Assembly: GCA_963707985.1 (NCBI GenBank)
Contig: CAVPRW010000008.1
Location: 32,001-96,000 of the forward strand
DNA from: an uncultured Nitrospinota bacterium
Lineage (GTDB): Bacteria; Tectomicrobia; Entotheonellia; J063; CAVPRW01
DNA: 64,000 nt
Reading direction: 5' to 3'
Below the pieces are notes generated by a model, which did no database searches, was not told where the DNA came from, and worked only from the letters and a program-made list of their open reading frames with translations. The translations under genes and the position numbers were made by a program. Positions 25,413 to 36,421 of the stretch are shown piece after piece (the stretch's first letter is position 1; each line of letters starts with the position of its first letter).

Positions 25413-26167
25413 GACTGGCTCCTGCACGTTATCCCCCCCATAGGAACTCCCGCAACGCCTGGTAGTTTGGGATCCCAACCCATCCACATGGATCCACGGT
25501 GTTCCGTCGGCCGAGAATCACACAGGGGATTCCCTGCGGCCGCGGCGGCGGGGGCATCGATGTCTGGTCGGTCAGCAATGTACACGGTTTGGTGCGTCTC
25601 GGCTCCAAGCCGTCCGAGTGTCACTTCTAACCCGCGCGGACTGGGCTTGAACTGCCTCACCTCAGGATCCTGAGCGCTCACGACCACGCCGAAAAATCGC
25701 AACAAGTCCATCGCTCGGAGCTTTGCCGTTGCAGGATAATCAGAAAACACACCCAGCCGCCATCCCCGCTCGGTGGCGACCTGCAGGAATTCTTCTACAC
25801 CCGGGTATCGTACACGTGGCAGAAAGAGGAGGGGTTTTTGCTCCATCCAGTGGGCGACACATAGGCGCACAAATGCTGGCGCCACACCGGTCCACTGACC
25901 GGCTAGCTGCAGTTGCGCCTCCACGAGATCAGCATGAACTATAGGCGACACTCGCAAGGCCTCTTGAGCCCGACGATACGCCCGCAGCACCCGTAGGGTG
26001 ACCCATCCTCGCACCGGGTGCCCTACATAGGCGCGCAGCAGGCACCAGGACATTCTCCAGCGCAACGCCGTCTGTCGATAGAGAGTCCCATCGAGATCAA
26101 GAATGAGGGCTCGTAAGTGGCTCGTGTCAATCGGTCCCTGAGACTTTTTCAAGTCGTGACGGCCCAT
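25409..26167 (-). CDS. HAD-family hydrolase (phosphatase)
   Basis: DLDGTLY, FSD, KPSP and IADRPDID motifs. The C-terminus is probably frameshifted. Confidence 0.85.
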   Translation of the reverse strand: MGRHDLKKSQGPIDTSHLRALILDLDGTLYRQTALRWRMSWCLLRAYVGHPVRGWVTLRVLRAYRRAQEALRVSPIVHADLVEAQLQLAGQWTGVAPAFVRLCVAHWMEQKPLLFLPRVRYPGVEEFLQVATERGWRLGVFSDYPATAKLRAMDLLRFFGVVVSAQDPEVRQFKPSPRGLEVTLGRLGAETHQTVYIADRPDIDAPAAAAAGNPLCDSRPTEHRGSMWMGWDPKLPGVAGVPMGGITCRSQS

Positions 26168-26254
26168 CGATAATGTTTACCTTGTGCCAACTACTTGGTT
26201 GAAACTCTTGGGTACGATATCCGGGGAAATCCGTAAAACAGATGAATCGATAAA

Positions 26255-27805
26255 TCATGGCGTCAACCGGTATGCGGTTTCATAATATCCGCCGAAAATA
26301 TCGTCAAGTCCAGAAGGCCTGCGCTGCGCGTCGAGAGGGAAACCTTGGAAGATGACACGGCCGCCAAATTCGGCCCAGATGCGATCGATATTTGTCTGCT
26401 CATTCCAGCTGGAATACTGGTGACTGATTATGTTGTAGACATAAAAACGTGGATAAAGCTGATTCAAAACGGCCGCATGGCGATTAAGCGAAAACCAGTC
26501 GCCGAACCAGAGCGCATAACGAGGCGAGGATGCACAATGATAATAAACTTTCGTATATTCCGACAACTCCTCGACCTGGTGGAACACCCGCAGCCTTTCT
26601 CTTTTTTCTTGCTCGTGGTTGCGGTAGGCATCGACTGTCCCATAAACTCTCACTATTCCAAGAATTACAAATGCCACAGTCACCAGGAGCTTGGCAGGTT
26701 TTCGTTGGTCCAAGACAAGGCCGAACACAAGACCTGACAACATAAGCGCTGGCAAAAGATAATATTCCTTCCCCGGCGAAAAATGCTTAGCAACCATCAG
26801 AACACTCGCCAACTGACAGGCAATCACACCAGAAAAAATCTGAAAATCTTTTCTTTTCGAGATTTCTTTTTGCCGGTAAGAAAAAGCCCCCACAATCCAA
26901 GTGAGTATAGCGGCATACAACACGACAAAGAAAATAAGCTCCGAGCGGTGAAGATACTTTAAATTGAATAGATACACCTGTGGATCTATGATCGTCGAAG
27001 CACCAGTTCCATAAAGTTCCCCATGGACGAAAAGCTTTTCAAACCATCCAATGACCGAATGGTAACTGGAGGCGATCGGCGAGGTAAATCCAAAAAAGAA
27101 TGCCGCCGTAAGTATGAAAAAAGAGATTTTTCGGGAAAAACCAGGCAAAAGGAATAAAGGTACGAGAACGATAGGAATAAAAGTGACTTTAGTTGCGATT
27201 CCTAATCCGCACAAAACTGAAAAAAGAAAGACATATGCTTTGTAACTTTCCTGCGGAAAAGTCGCACGAAAATAGACAATTACAAGGATTATAGTTAAGC
27301 TAATCCACAAGAGAAAAGGCTCAGGATTCATGCGCCCTGCCGATAGAAGAATTGTTGTGGAAAAAAAAGGCGATGACTGAAGCAGGAAAGAAAACCTTTT
27401 ATCGCCCGTTTTCCTGAATCCCAGCCAACCTGCTAGAAAAATAAGAGAAACGGTCAAAGCCAGAAAAATTCTATGCATGAATCCCAAATACACTTCGGGA
27501 TTTTTCAAAACATCTTCGGCAAGTGGACTTGCATTTCGGAAAAAATGAAAAGACCTCAAAATAAACGCACCAGCGACCTGCAAAGTCGTGCCTGGATGAT
27601 CCACGTGGCCGATTGGCAGCCCCTCGGCAAAATTCAAAGAGTTTAAAAGATATGCATATTCTGGGTCCAAGTTCGTACAGATCCAATAGGGTCCCCGCGC
27701 GCTTTTGAGAAGAATGACACAAAACAGAAACACAAGAGGAATAATCGTGAACATAAATGATAGTTTCTTATAACCCACTCGACAGATGTGATTTAAGGCA
27801 GTCAC
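26255..27805 (-). CDS. Polytopic membrane protein, putative GT-C glycosyltransferase
   Basis: N-terminal loop DPEYAY..DHPG, GLGIATK, about 11 TM segments. AT-rich. Confidence 0.7.
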   Translation of the reverse strand: MTALNHICRVGYKKLSFMFTIIPLVFLFCVILLKSARGPYWICTNLDPEYAYLLNSLNFAEGLPIGHVDHPGTTLQVAGAFILRSFHFFRNASPLAEDVLKNPEVYLGFMHRIFLALTVSLIFLAGWLGFRKTGDKRFSFLLQSSPFFSTTILLSAGRMNPEPFLLWISLTIILVIVYFRATFPQESYKAYVFLFSVLCGLGIATKVTFIPIVLVPLFLLPGFSRKISFFILTAAFFFGFTSPIASSYHSVIGWFEKLFVHGELYGTGASTIIDPQVYLFNLKYLHRSELIFFVVLYAAILTWIVGAFSYRQKEISKRKDFQIFSGVIACQLASVLMVAKHFSPGKEYYLLPALMLSGLVFGLVLDQRKPAKLLVTVAFVILGIVRVYGTVDAYRNHEQEKRERLRVFHQVEELSEYTKVYYHCASSPRYALWFGDWFSLNRHAAVLNQLYPRFYVYNIISHQYSSWNEQTNIDRIWAEFGGRVIFQGFPLDAQRRPSGLDDIFGGYYETAYRLTP

Positions 27806-27820
27806 AATAAATCATACCAG

Positions 27821-27990
27821 TATGGTTCTACCCAGAATCAAGACCAAAAACCCGTCAATTGAAGGTAGCAACTGCGGCCCGTTCCAGTACTTGCCGGCAG
27901 ACCGCTACCGGCGTATGATGGTTCCGTGATAGATGTAACCGCTCGCTATTGTAGAACCCAAAGTACCTCCACTCTATAGCCCTACACATC
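27821..27990 (-). pseudogene. IS3 integrase C-terminal remnant
   Basis: YFGFYNSERLH.S..HHTP motif. Confidence 0.55.
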
Positions 27991-28011
27991 CTTGTTCCAC
28001 CGGAAACCAAC

Positions 28012-29819
28012 TCAAAGAGAAGGACCCTCATCACCCTTGGCAAGATGGTAAATGTTAATCAATCCGTCGGTTCTGAATAATTGCATTCTCGCACTTATGT
28101 TATATCGATCTCGCTCCAACAGGACTACCCACTTGATACGAGGGGGTATTATATCATCTGACAGATGAGACTCCGGAGCCAGAAGCAGGGCTTCCGTGTT
28201 CTCATAGGAGAGCGAAAAAGCGAGCAGCATATCTATTCCCGACCAAGAACCAATCAACATCACCGGGTCCTTGGGATCAATGATCGTAGATTCAATCATT
28301 ATTAGAGAATTTTTGACCATTTTCCAAGAAATGGTTGAAAACCCTATCTGAGTGCGAATCGCAAAAACATTGCCCACCACGGAGAATAGGAGGAAAAAAA
28401 GAAGATATGGGTAAAGACGTTTGACCTTACTGAATGCGTAATACAGACTCAAAAGAAATAAAAGTGCCACCAAGACAGCCGACACTATCTTGAGGTTTTC
28501 CGCACCCCACCAGTTCCACCCTTCTGGATCAACCAAAGAACGGTAAGCCGGGAAGAAGGTGTTTAGCCATGTCCATTCGAGAAAATCTACATGGAACCCC
28601 CCCAGCACGAAGACTGAAAAGACTGTTATGAAAGCGGCACCAACACAACCACTCATGATAACGAATCCAGCACTAGCCAGTATGGACTGACCCAATTGCC
28701 TAATAAATACGATAAACGCTATCAGAAAGAATGGAAATGTAAAGAAGTAATATCGTGCATGCAATCGCATCATATGCTCTAATTCTCTAAAATCAGATGA
28801 AAACTTCAGCGTCACTGCAAAAAAAGTAAGAAAAACAAGAATTCCCCAAAGAAAAAAAACAAATGACTTAGAGTCTTTATTCCTGAACGAGTGTATGATA
28901 CCAATTATCACCACGACCACAGGTAATCCATAGATGAACAAAAAAGCACTCAAATGACCAATGAGCACCCGTAGTATGTCTCTCAGAGATTCCATCATGT
29001 TAATAGGTTTTACTACAAGACCCCAACCATAATAACCGTACATTCCAAATATTTCAGACAGATGAATTCGATGACGCACTAACAGGAGTATTCCGACATA
29101 TGATATGATCGCCATGAAAATAGTGACAAAAAATGATCTTACTATTGAATATGTGGATAGTGATAAACGTTTCGCAAACACCATAAGAACTACGACAAGC
29201 ACTATAAGTGCGATGATTAGGGCGAGAGCATGAGGCTTAGTCAGGAAAAGTAACGCAAGGCACAAACCACCTCCCATTTCATCTTTAAGTTTGTTACAGT
29301 AAAAAGCTCGGAAGATAAAAAAAAAGCGAACAAGAACAAAGGGAAAAATAGGCTTTCAGCCATAATATAGTTCGCATACAGATTGGATGGCATAAGCATG
29401 ACCAATATTACAGGGAGTAAAGGCCATTTCCCTTGGTTAAAGCATTTAGCAATCAAGAAAGTTGGGAAAATAGCTATGCTTATCAGGACTGCATTGATAG
29501 CTTTTGAAATGACATAGAAATTAGGACCAAAATAAAAGGATAAAGATATTATGCTCGGGTAAAGGAAATTCCCGAAGATGGGACGGTACCCCAAATATAA
29601 CCTATCGAAATCTCCGAACCTAAAAAAGCTCTCTGCAGCTGCCTTGTACATAAGTTCGTCTACCATGACAACAGGACAGGGAAGAAGGGAACTCCAATAG
29701 AAGCGAACAAGAGAGCTAGTCACGTAGAGGGTTCCCAAGATCAGGGCTATGAACCAAGGGGTATCCCATTTCAGAGGCTTATGATATGCATCTGCGTTTA
29801 GGAAAAATCTTAAGGACAT
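28012..29819 (-). CDS. Polytopic membrane protein, putative GT-C (frameshifted near 29300)
   Basis: VDELMY, AESLFFP, LTKP and HARY motifs. Confidence 0.7.
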
Positions 29820-29855
29820 TATGATTTTCCAAGCCGTAGAAGGGGGATAGATAGG

Positions 29856-30870
29856 TCACTGTAACTGTTGTGCCTTTGTGGAAAGGCAACAATATCTACT
29901 ATATCTAGCTCTCCAAGATTCATAGAGCTTTCACGCAGAGGACATCGGAGATCTTTGACATCAAAGACGTCATATCCTAGAGAGGTCAGTAGCCCACATA
30001 TTCCGCTCCACTTGACTGTGAACAGTTTCGCAACCAGTATTCATTAATTTCCGAAAGAATTATTGGTTTGTCTCTAGAGAGGATTGATGTCATTCCTCGG
30101 ATAACTGCAGGTTCATGTCCCTCAACATCAAGTTTTACAAGATCGATAGTATCTTCGATGATATCATCGAGACGAATGGCTTCCACGGTCGCTTGTTCAG
30201 AACCACCACTATGTCCTACCACAAACATATTGGAAATCTTAGATACATTTACATTCCCACTCACATCGGAGCATACGACATTGAATGTCTTTACTGTTCG
30301 TTGGAAATTATTCTCTTGAATATTCTTTAATAGTAAATCATAATGAGATGGCATTGGCTCAAAGGCATATACTTTACCAGTTTCACCAACCATAGATGCC
30401 ATGAGACAGGTATAAAATCCAATATGTGCACCCGACATCAATACATTTCATGCCAGGAGAAATGAGCCTCTTGAGCAATTCAACAGAGTCTGGTTCATAT
30501 TGCCCAGATGCCATGATCATCCCCATTTCTCGATCAGTCGTATTAAACCATAGACGAAAATCTTGTAATTCTGCCATGAATATTCGATTGGGCGGGAAAA
30601 ATCTCGTCTGTGAGAGAACTCATCGGAGTGAATCAGTTCATCCAAGAATTCCCGAAAGGTTCTCTTATCGGTTAAGAGACGAGGCAATTCCTCGACAAGA
30701 TTTGGATTACGTCCAAGGAGCAGACGAAAAGCAAAAAAGGCGTCAACCGGATTCAACTGCCGTCCGTAGTCTAGGTCGTTATACGATGTTAAGAGACGTT
30801 GCAGGTGGGGTAAAAGTTCGGCACTTTTCCCCTTCATAATATGATCCTTTCTGGTCGCTTCTTTCTTCAT
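29856..30870 (-). CDS. FkbM-family methyltransferase (frameshifted)
   Basis: YEP, IDVGAHIGFY, AFEP and VKLDVEGHE motifs. Confidence 0.85.
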
Positions 30871-30872
30871 GA

Positions 30873-33800
30873 CTATGCTGTTGGGGAGGGGCACAGGGAG
30901 AGCAGGCTGCTTCGGTACTCTCCGGCAGCAATGCGTGGTTTGGCCGCCATGCTGACGGCGGACGGCGAAGGCGGTGTGACATCCTCAGTGCTTGAGCAAA
31001 GCAGCTTCGAAAGCTCGCTCAACAGGGCATATTGGGCGCTCGTGGTGAACTCTCGCAAGTGCTCGACGGGGATGTCGAGTCGATGTCGCACCATCCCCCG
31101 CATAAAGTGCTCCCAAAATCCTGGGGTCCGGGCGTAATGTCCCTCAGATCTTAATAACTGAAGATATCGCTCCGGATGCTTCTGGAACAGGAGAGGATCA
31201 TATTCGAAAAACCGTGTTCGTCTCTCAGTGGATTCACGCTGCACATCCCTCGGAGGGGCTGGATGCACGACTTTCACATCACGCGCAAAGGGGATTTGAC
31301 CATAGGCCAAGGCCCGCCAACCGAAATCGGTATCTTCTCGAAATGGGCGCTCAAACCGCTCGTCGAATCCCCCAAGTTCATCGACGACCTTCCGCCGAAC
31401 GAAAAGATTCGCTGTCATAAATCCGATACCTTCGACGCCTTGATTGGTCACGATGCGGTAGCGCTCGGCATCGGTGGTATCACTCTGGACCAGCCCCTCA
31501 AGACCCACAATCCCTTCGTCCTGGAAATGCTTGTAGGCATTTGCCAGCCATTGAATATCTGGTTCGCAGTCGTCATCGGTGAAGGCAAGCACTTGTCCTC
31601 TGGCGTGTTTGATCCCGAGGTTTCTTGATTTCGCGGGTCCTCGTTCAGTGGTGTGGATGTATTGGAGAGCAAAATTGCAACGCAGCAGCCCTAGCTCGAA
31701 CGGCGTAGCACTCTGGTCAACTACCACCACCTCGAAATCAGCAAACACCTGCCGAGAGAGCAATTCAAGTAGCTTCTTGAGGGATGCAGGCCTCTCGTAG
31801 GAGGGAATGACGACCGAGAAGTATGGGCTACCGCCGTGGGAGCTTTTCGCGCGAGAGCGCTCGATAATCAGCTTCCCCAGCTGGGCAGAGATATGACGCC
31901 AATCGTAGATCTCCTCGGCGAGCTTGCGGCTCTCGGCCGCAAGGCTGGCACGCAGCCGCGTGTTGTGTCGTAACTCGTTGATCCAATCGCTGAAGCGACT
32001 ACTGTCATCGACGATGAAGCAGGCCTGATCACGATTGTGAATGCCACGTGCCCCGACCGGCGTGGTGATCGTTGGCAGTCCGGCGGCGAGGAAGTCAAGC
32101 ATCTTGATATTGGTGCCAGAGCCCGTAAACATTGGGTTAATCGCCATGTCAGCGGCGGCGTATGCCTCGTTGCGCTCGGCGTCGCTGACAATGCCAAGCA
32201 GCCTGACGTTCGCTGGAATATGTGGGGCAACGCCTGCCACGATGGCCCGATCGCTTGCACCGCCGACGAGAACGAAGGTCACCTCTGGATTGGCTGGCGC
32301 GAGCTGGTTGAGGATCATCCCAACGGCTTCTATGTTGGGCGGGTAGGCACTGCCGATAAACAGCGCCACGAATCCTTCCAGAGTCGATATGCTGCCGTGC
32401 CCTGGCTCGCGCCGTCGGTGAAGCCGGGCGGATCGCCCGGACGTTGACCCCATTGGGTACGATGACGATCTTCTGAGGTTTGACGCCGTATACCTCAACG
32501 AATGTCTGTTTGTCCTCGTCCGAGCACGCTAAGATCAGGTCACTCTCCTCACAGAGTATCCCTTCGATCCACTTCACATTTTGGGCCAAGCAAGTACCGA
32601 ATTCGTTGCTCCCAAGCAACTTCGCTCGCAGCACAGCCTCGCAGTTCTGGGAATCGTAGATGATGAGTTTTTCACTCTCATGCACGACATCCCGCACACA
32701 ACCATACATCCAGGGGTGGGAAAAAATGACGACATCCGCTTCCGCGGCGTGTTTGCGGACAGCCTCGACGAGCGCTGGCGAGCTCCAGACGAGCCAGGGA
32801 ATGGTCACATCGATGATGGTTTTTTCTGGCAGCAAAGCGTTCAAATGGTCGTTGAGAACAAAATGCTCAGGGCTTTGGGGGATATCGATCTCGCGAAGCC
32901 GCCTTGATAACTGCAGTTCGCGGTACTCTGGGCCTCGCCAATCATAGGTTCCCACATAGGTTGCCTCGATGCCCTCGGTCAATGTCCTATACAGACCAAG
33001 CAAGCGCAGGCGCCCGCCACCGACGGCCGGCTCGATACATTGATTGTCGGTAATCAAGACCTTGATGGGACGCCTCACTGCTGGGCGTATCTCCCATCTG
33101 CGCACCTGCTTCCGAGGCAGCTCGACCGCCGAAAGGAGCTTTGCGACTACGGTATCCCAGGTAATATGGGACACCGCTGCAAATCCATGGGCGCCCATTT
33201 CGGCCCCATGGTCAGGGTGATCGATGAGATAGTTGATTTTTTGGGCAATGATTTCTGGCTCGGGTGGTACGACAAAACCAGTCTCATGATCTCGCACGAA
33301 AAAGGTCGGCTCACCGGAATCAAGGCAGGTGATGACAGGTTTTTTGCTGTGGAATGCTTCGATGGCGATCAGCCCATAATCTTCATTGATCGGGACAAAT
33401 GGGACGACTAACGCCCCGGCATACAGCTCGAGCAATTGCTCGTCAGTGACCCGCCCGAGAAACTCGATGCGGGGATCGCTGCCAGCTAAAGCTCGGAGGT
33501 GGGATTCGTCCTCGCCGGTGCCGACGATCCGCAACGGGATATCTTTCTTGACGTATCGAAAAGCTTTGATGATGAGGTCGACTCGCTTCCAGCGATGCAG
33601 TCGCCCTGGCACGAGCACGTACGCACCGGGCCGAGGTTCCCGGAAGCCCTGCAGAGATGGAGGCGGATGTAAGACCTCGAACTCGATCTGTTGCCAATAT
33701 AGCGCAACATCATGCAGCCGTTTGTAAGGGGTATGACCGATGACAAAATGCTTGTGCACATGGTCTGGGTGCAAGGCGCGCTCATCCAGGGCATGGATCA

Positions 33801-34146
33801 ACCGTCGCTGCCGGAATTGCGCCGGAGTTCCCTTCCCATACTCCTGATGGAACATGTCGTAAAACACCCGAATCGTATGCAGGAGGTAGGACACATGGAT
33901 TCGATGGCGCACTGCATAGGTGGGTGCTTTGGTCGAGATGACGAGATCGTAATCCTGCAGGTCAAGGTTGGCACACGTCTCATAGCCTTCAAGAATGGCT
34001 TCGAAGCTCGACTCATCGATGACCACGTCGATGCGATCGACATCATTGGAGGTGTTGCGCAGTCCCCTGATCAATCCTTTGTAGAGCGCTTCTGCACCGC
34101 CTCTTTCACCCGATTTCATCACTGGGACCACGACGGCGATATTCAT
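30873..34146 (-). CDS. Multidomain glycosyltransferase GT4-GT4-GT2 (one frameshift near 32400)
   Basis: GGAE, RLHRWKR and EDYGL (first GT4), GGGRLR, PNG and GTNIKMLD (second GT4), SVVIPSYER, FTDDD and EDTDF (GT2). Confidence 0.88.
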
Positions 34147-34196
34147 GGGATCACTCTCGACAGCGGGGACTTCATGTCCTACCGCTCGGGGGGATG

Positions 34197-35997
34197 TTAT
34201 AGACGGGATGATTTCTTGCCGATCACGGCATAATCCTGGAATCCATACAGCAGTTCGTTGAGACGCTCGATTCCCTGGTTAAACTCTGTCGTTGCCTGCG
34301 CATTCGCTACCACACCAGAGAGTGGCGGGATACGCATGGAAGGCTCAACGGGTGAAGAAAATTTCACCTGGAGATCCTTGAATCCTGCCGATTCGCAGAG
34401 GAATTTCATGGCCTCCGGGTGGATGGGCCGGATGTGAGATAAATCCATGTAGAAGCTTCTGGCGAAGACTGTGAGGCAGATAGGGTTCGGGGTCTCGAAG
34501 ATCAACACGCCGTCCAGCTGCAACTTCCGGTGGCAGAGGCTCACCAACTCGATGATTCGGGTCGGTTCGAGATGCTCCACCACCTGGGCAGCAAAGATGC
34601 CGCCCAGGGATGCATCCGGGATGGATTCAAGGTAGGCAAAGGCATCCTCCCGCACGACATCCAGCCCTTTCTCTTGGCAGTACAGGACCATGTCGAGGTC
34701 GAGATCCACGCCCTTGGCTTTGATCCCAGCCTCACTCGCCAACTCGAGAAATTCCCCCCTGCCACAGCCAATGTCCAACACTGGTTCCACGTCTTTAAAA
34801 AACTCGACATAAACGCTCTGGCGTTCTTTGATGTCTTCCTCACTGCCTCGAAACCGTTCTTCGAAGCCAAAATAATCGAAAGACGGTTCGGAGGTCCGTT
34901 CAGAAATTGGTTTGCGGTGGTGGAAAGATTGCTGCGTCTCCGAGACGTCGGCGTTCGAGTCATCGGTACTTGCCGCGATGAAACGGCGGAGTCGGCGTTC
35001 GACCCGTGAGGACCGTTCTCGCATCTCCTGTAGTGCCACAGTGTGTTCTTGCCGGACCCGTGTCACCTCATCAACCAGCTGAGTTTGCAGCCCTTGCAGG
35101 CCAGCTGTGTGTTCCTGGCCTACGCCGCCGAGCTGGGCGGCGAATTCTCCACGGATGGCCTGTAATGCAGCCTCTTGCTCCTGGTGTACGCCGCCAATCT
35201 GGGCGGCGAATTCTCCACGTATGGCCTGTAATGCAGCCTCTTGCTCCTGGTGTACGCCGCCAATCTGGGCGGCGAATTCTCCACGTATGGCCTGTAATGC
35301 AGCCTCTTGCTCCTGGTGTACGCCGCCAATCTGCTCAGCAAGCTCCTCGTATCGTTCGTGTTGCTCGGTCAGTTCATGAGCGTACCTCTGTGATCTGTGC
35401 GGCCAGCTCCTGGCGTATCTCCGCGACCTGCGTGCCCAGCTCCTGGCGTATCTCCGTGATCTGCGTGCCCAGCTCCTGGCGTACCTCTGTGACCTGTGTG
35501 CCCAGCTCCTGGCGTATCTCCGCGACCTGCGTGCCCAGCTCCTGGCGTATCTCCGCTACCTGGTTGGTCAGCTCGTGGCGTATCTCCGCGACCTGTGCGG
35601 TTAGTGCCTGACGTAGCTCACTGATCTGCGCGACCAGTTCCTGACTGGTGCTTCGAACGCCTTCAGCGTGTTCCCAGAGATGCTGAGCCAGTCGAATATT
35701 GGTCGTATTGTATCCTGTTTGTCGCTCTAAACTGGGTGTGAGAAGCTTACGCGCCAATTTTTTGGCCATCAGGACGAACGATCCCAGAAGCTTCCGGTGA
35801 GAAGTCAGGTGGAAATAACGGATTTCCCGACTGTCCTGGAGAGAAGAAAACTCAGCAGCTACCAGGCTATGGGATAAGGGAGAGCTAGCGCCATTGGTGG
35901 GAGGGTGCTGTTGCTTCGGGAGATTTGCTCGGATTTGCGCCATGAGTTCGTCGACATCAATCTCCTGCACGTCGTTCATAAAATCTCCTTTAGGCAC
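34197..35997 (-). CDS. Coiled-coil-repeat SAM methyltransferase (frameshift near 35375)
   Basis: EIDVDELM N-terminus, a long coiled coil, then FEERFRGS, VLDIGCGRGEF, QVVEHL, ETPNP and DLSHIRP. Confidence 0.85.
35124..35333 (-). repeat. 66-bp tandem repeat, about 3.2 copies (QIGGVHQEQEAALQAIRGEFAA)
   Basis: Near-identical 66-bp units seen directly. Confidence 0.95.
35380..35645 (-). repeat. 33-bp tandem repeat, about 7-8 copies (QVAEIRQELGT)
   Basis: Unit CAGCTCCTGGCGTATCTCCGCGACCTGCGTGCC and variants. Confidence 0.95.
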
Positions 35998-36421
35998 CCT
36001 GCGAACGCTACCCCGGCGACTTCAATGCCTTCGGCTTCGGCGTTTTCCACCCCCAAACAACCGCTCACCGTTCATCGAGACACCGTGCAGTTGACCCAGC
36101 CATTCACAATGGACTTTTAGTCCAGAACACCACCCTCTGTCCGGCATATGGAAGCTCGCTCCCAGCGCCTTCTCAAAGAACAGCCATTATACAAAAGGGT
36201 AGTGTGCGGGGCAACTATGAACCCTATGCGTGCTGAGATTGCAACATAAGCCAGGGGTCTGACCTACAGTTCACTTGCCTCAATAACAGAGAAGTATGGA
36301 GGAGAGGGAGGTGGGCCATGAGGCCAACACGGGACAAGATCAGACAGAACCTGACGGAGCGGTTATGTTGAGAGGTAGCCTGAAGAGATGACACGGGAAT
36401 GGCGCAGCAGACGCGTCTTTT

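Noticed and set aside
35124..35645. Regularly spaced repeats resembling a CRISPR array
   Set aside because: There are no unique spacers, the units are in-frame coding repeats, and no cas genes are present.
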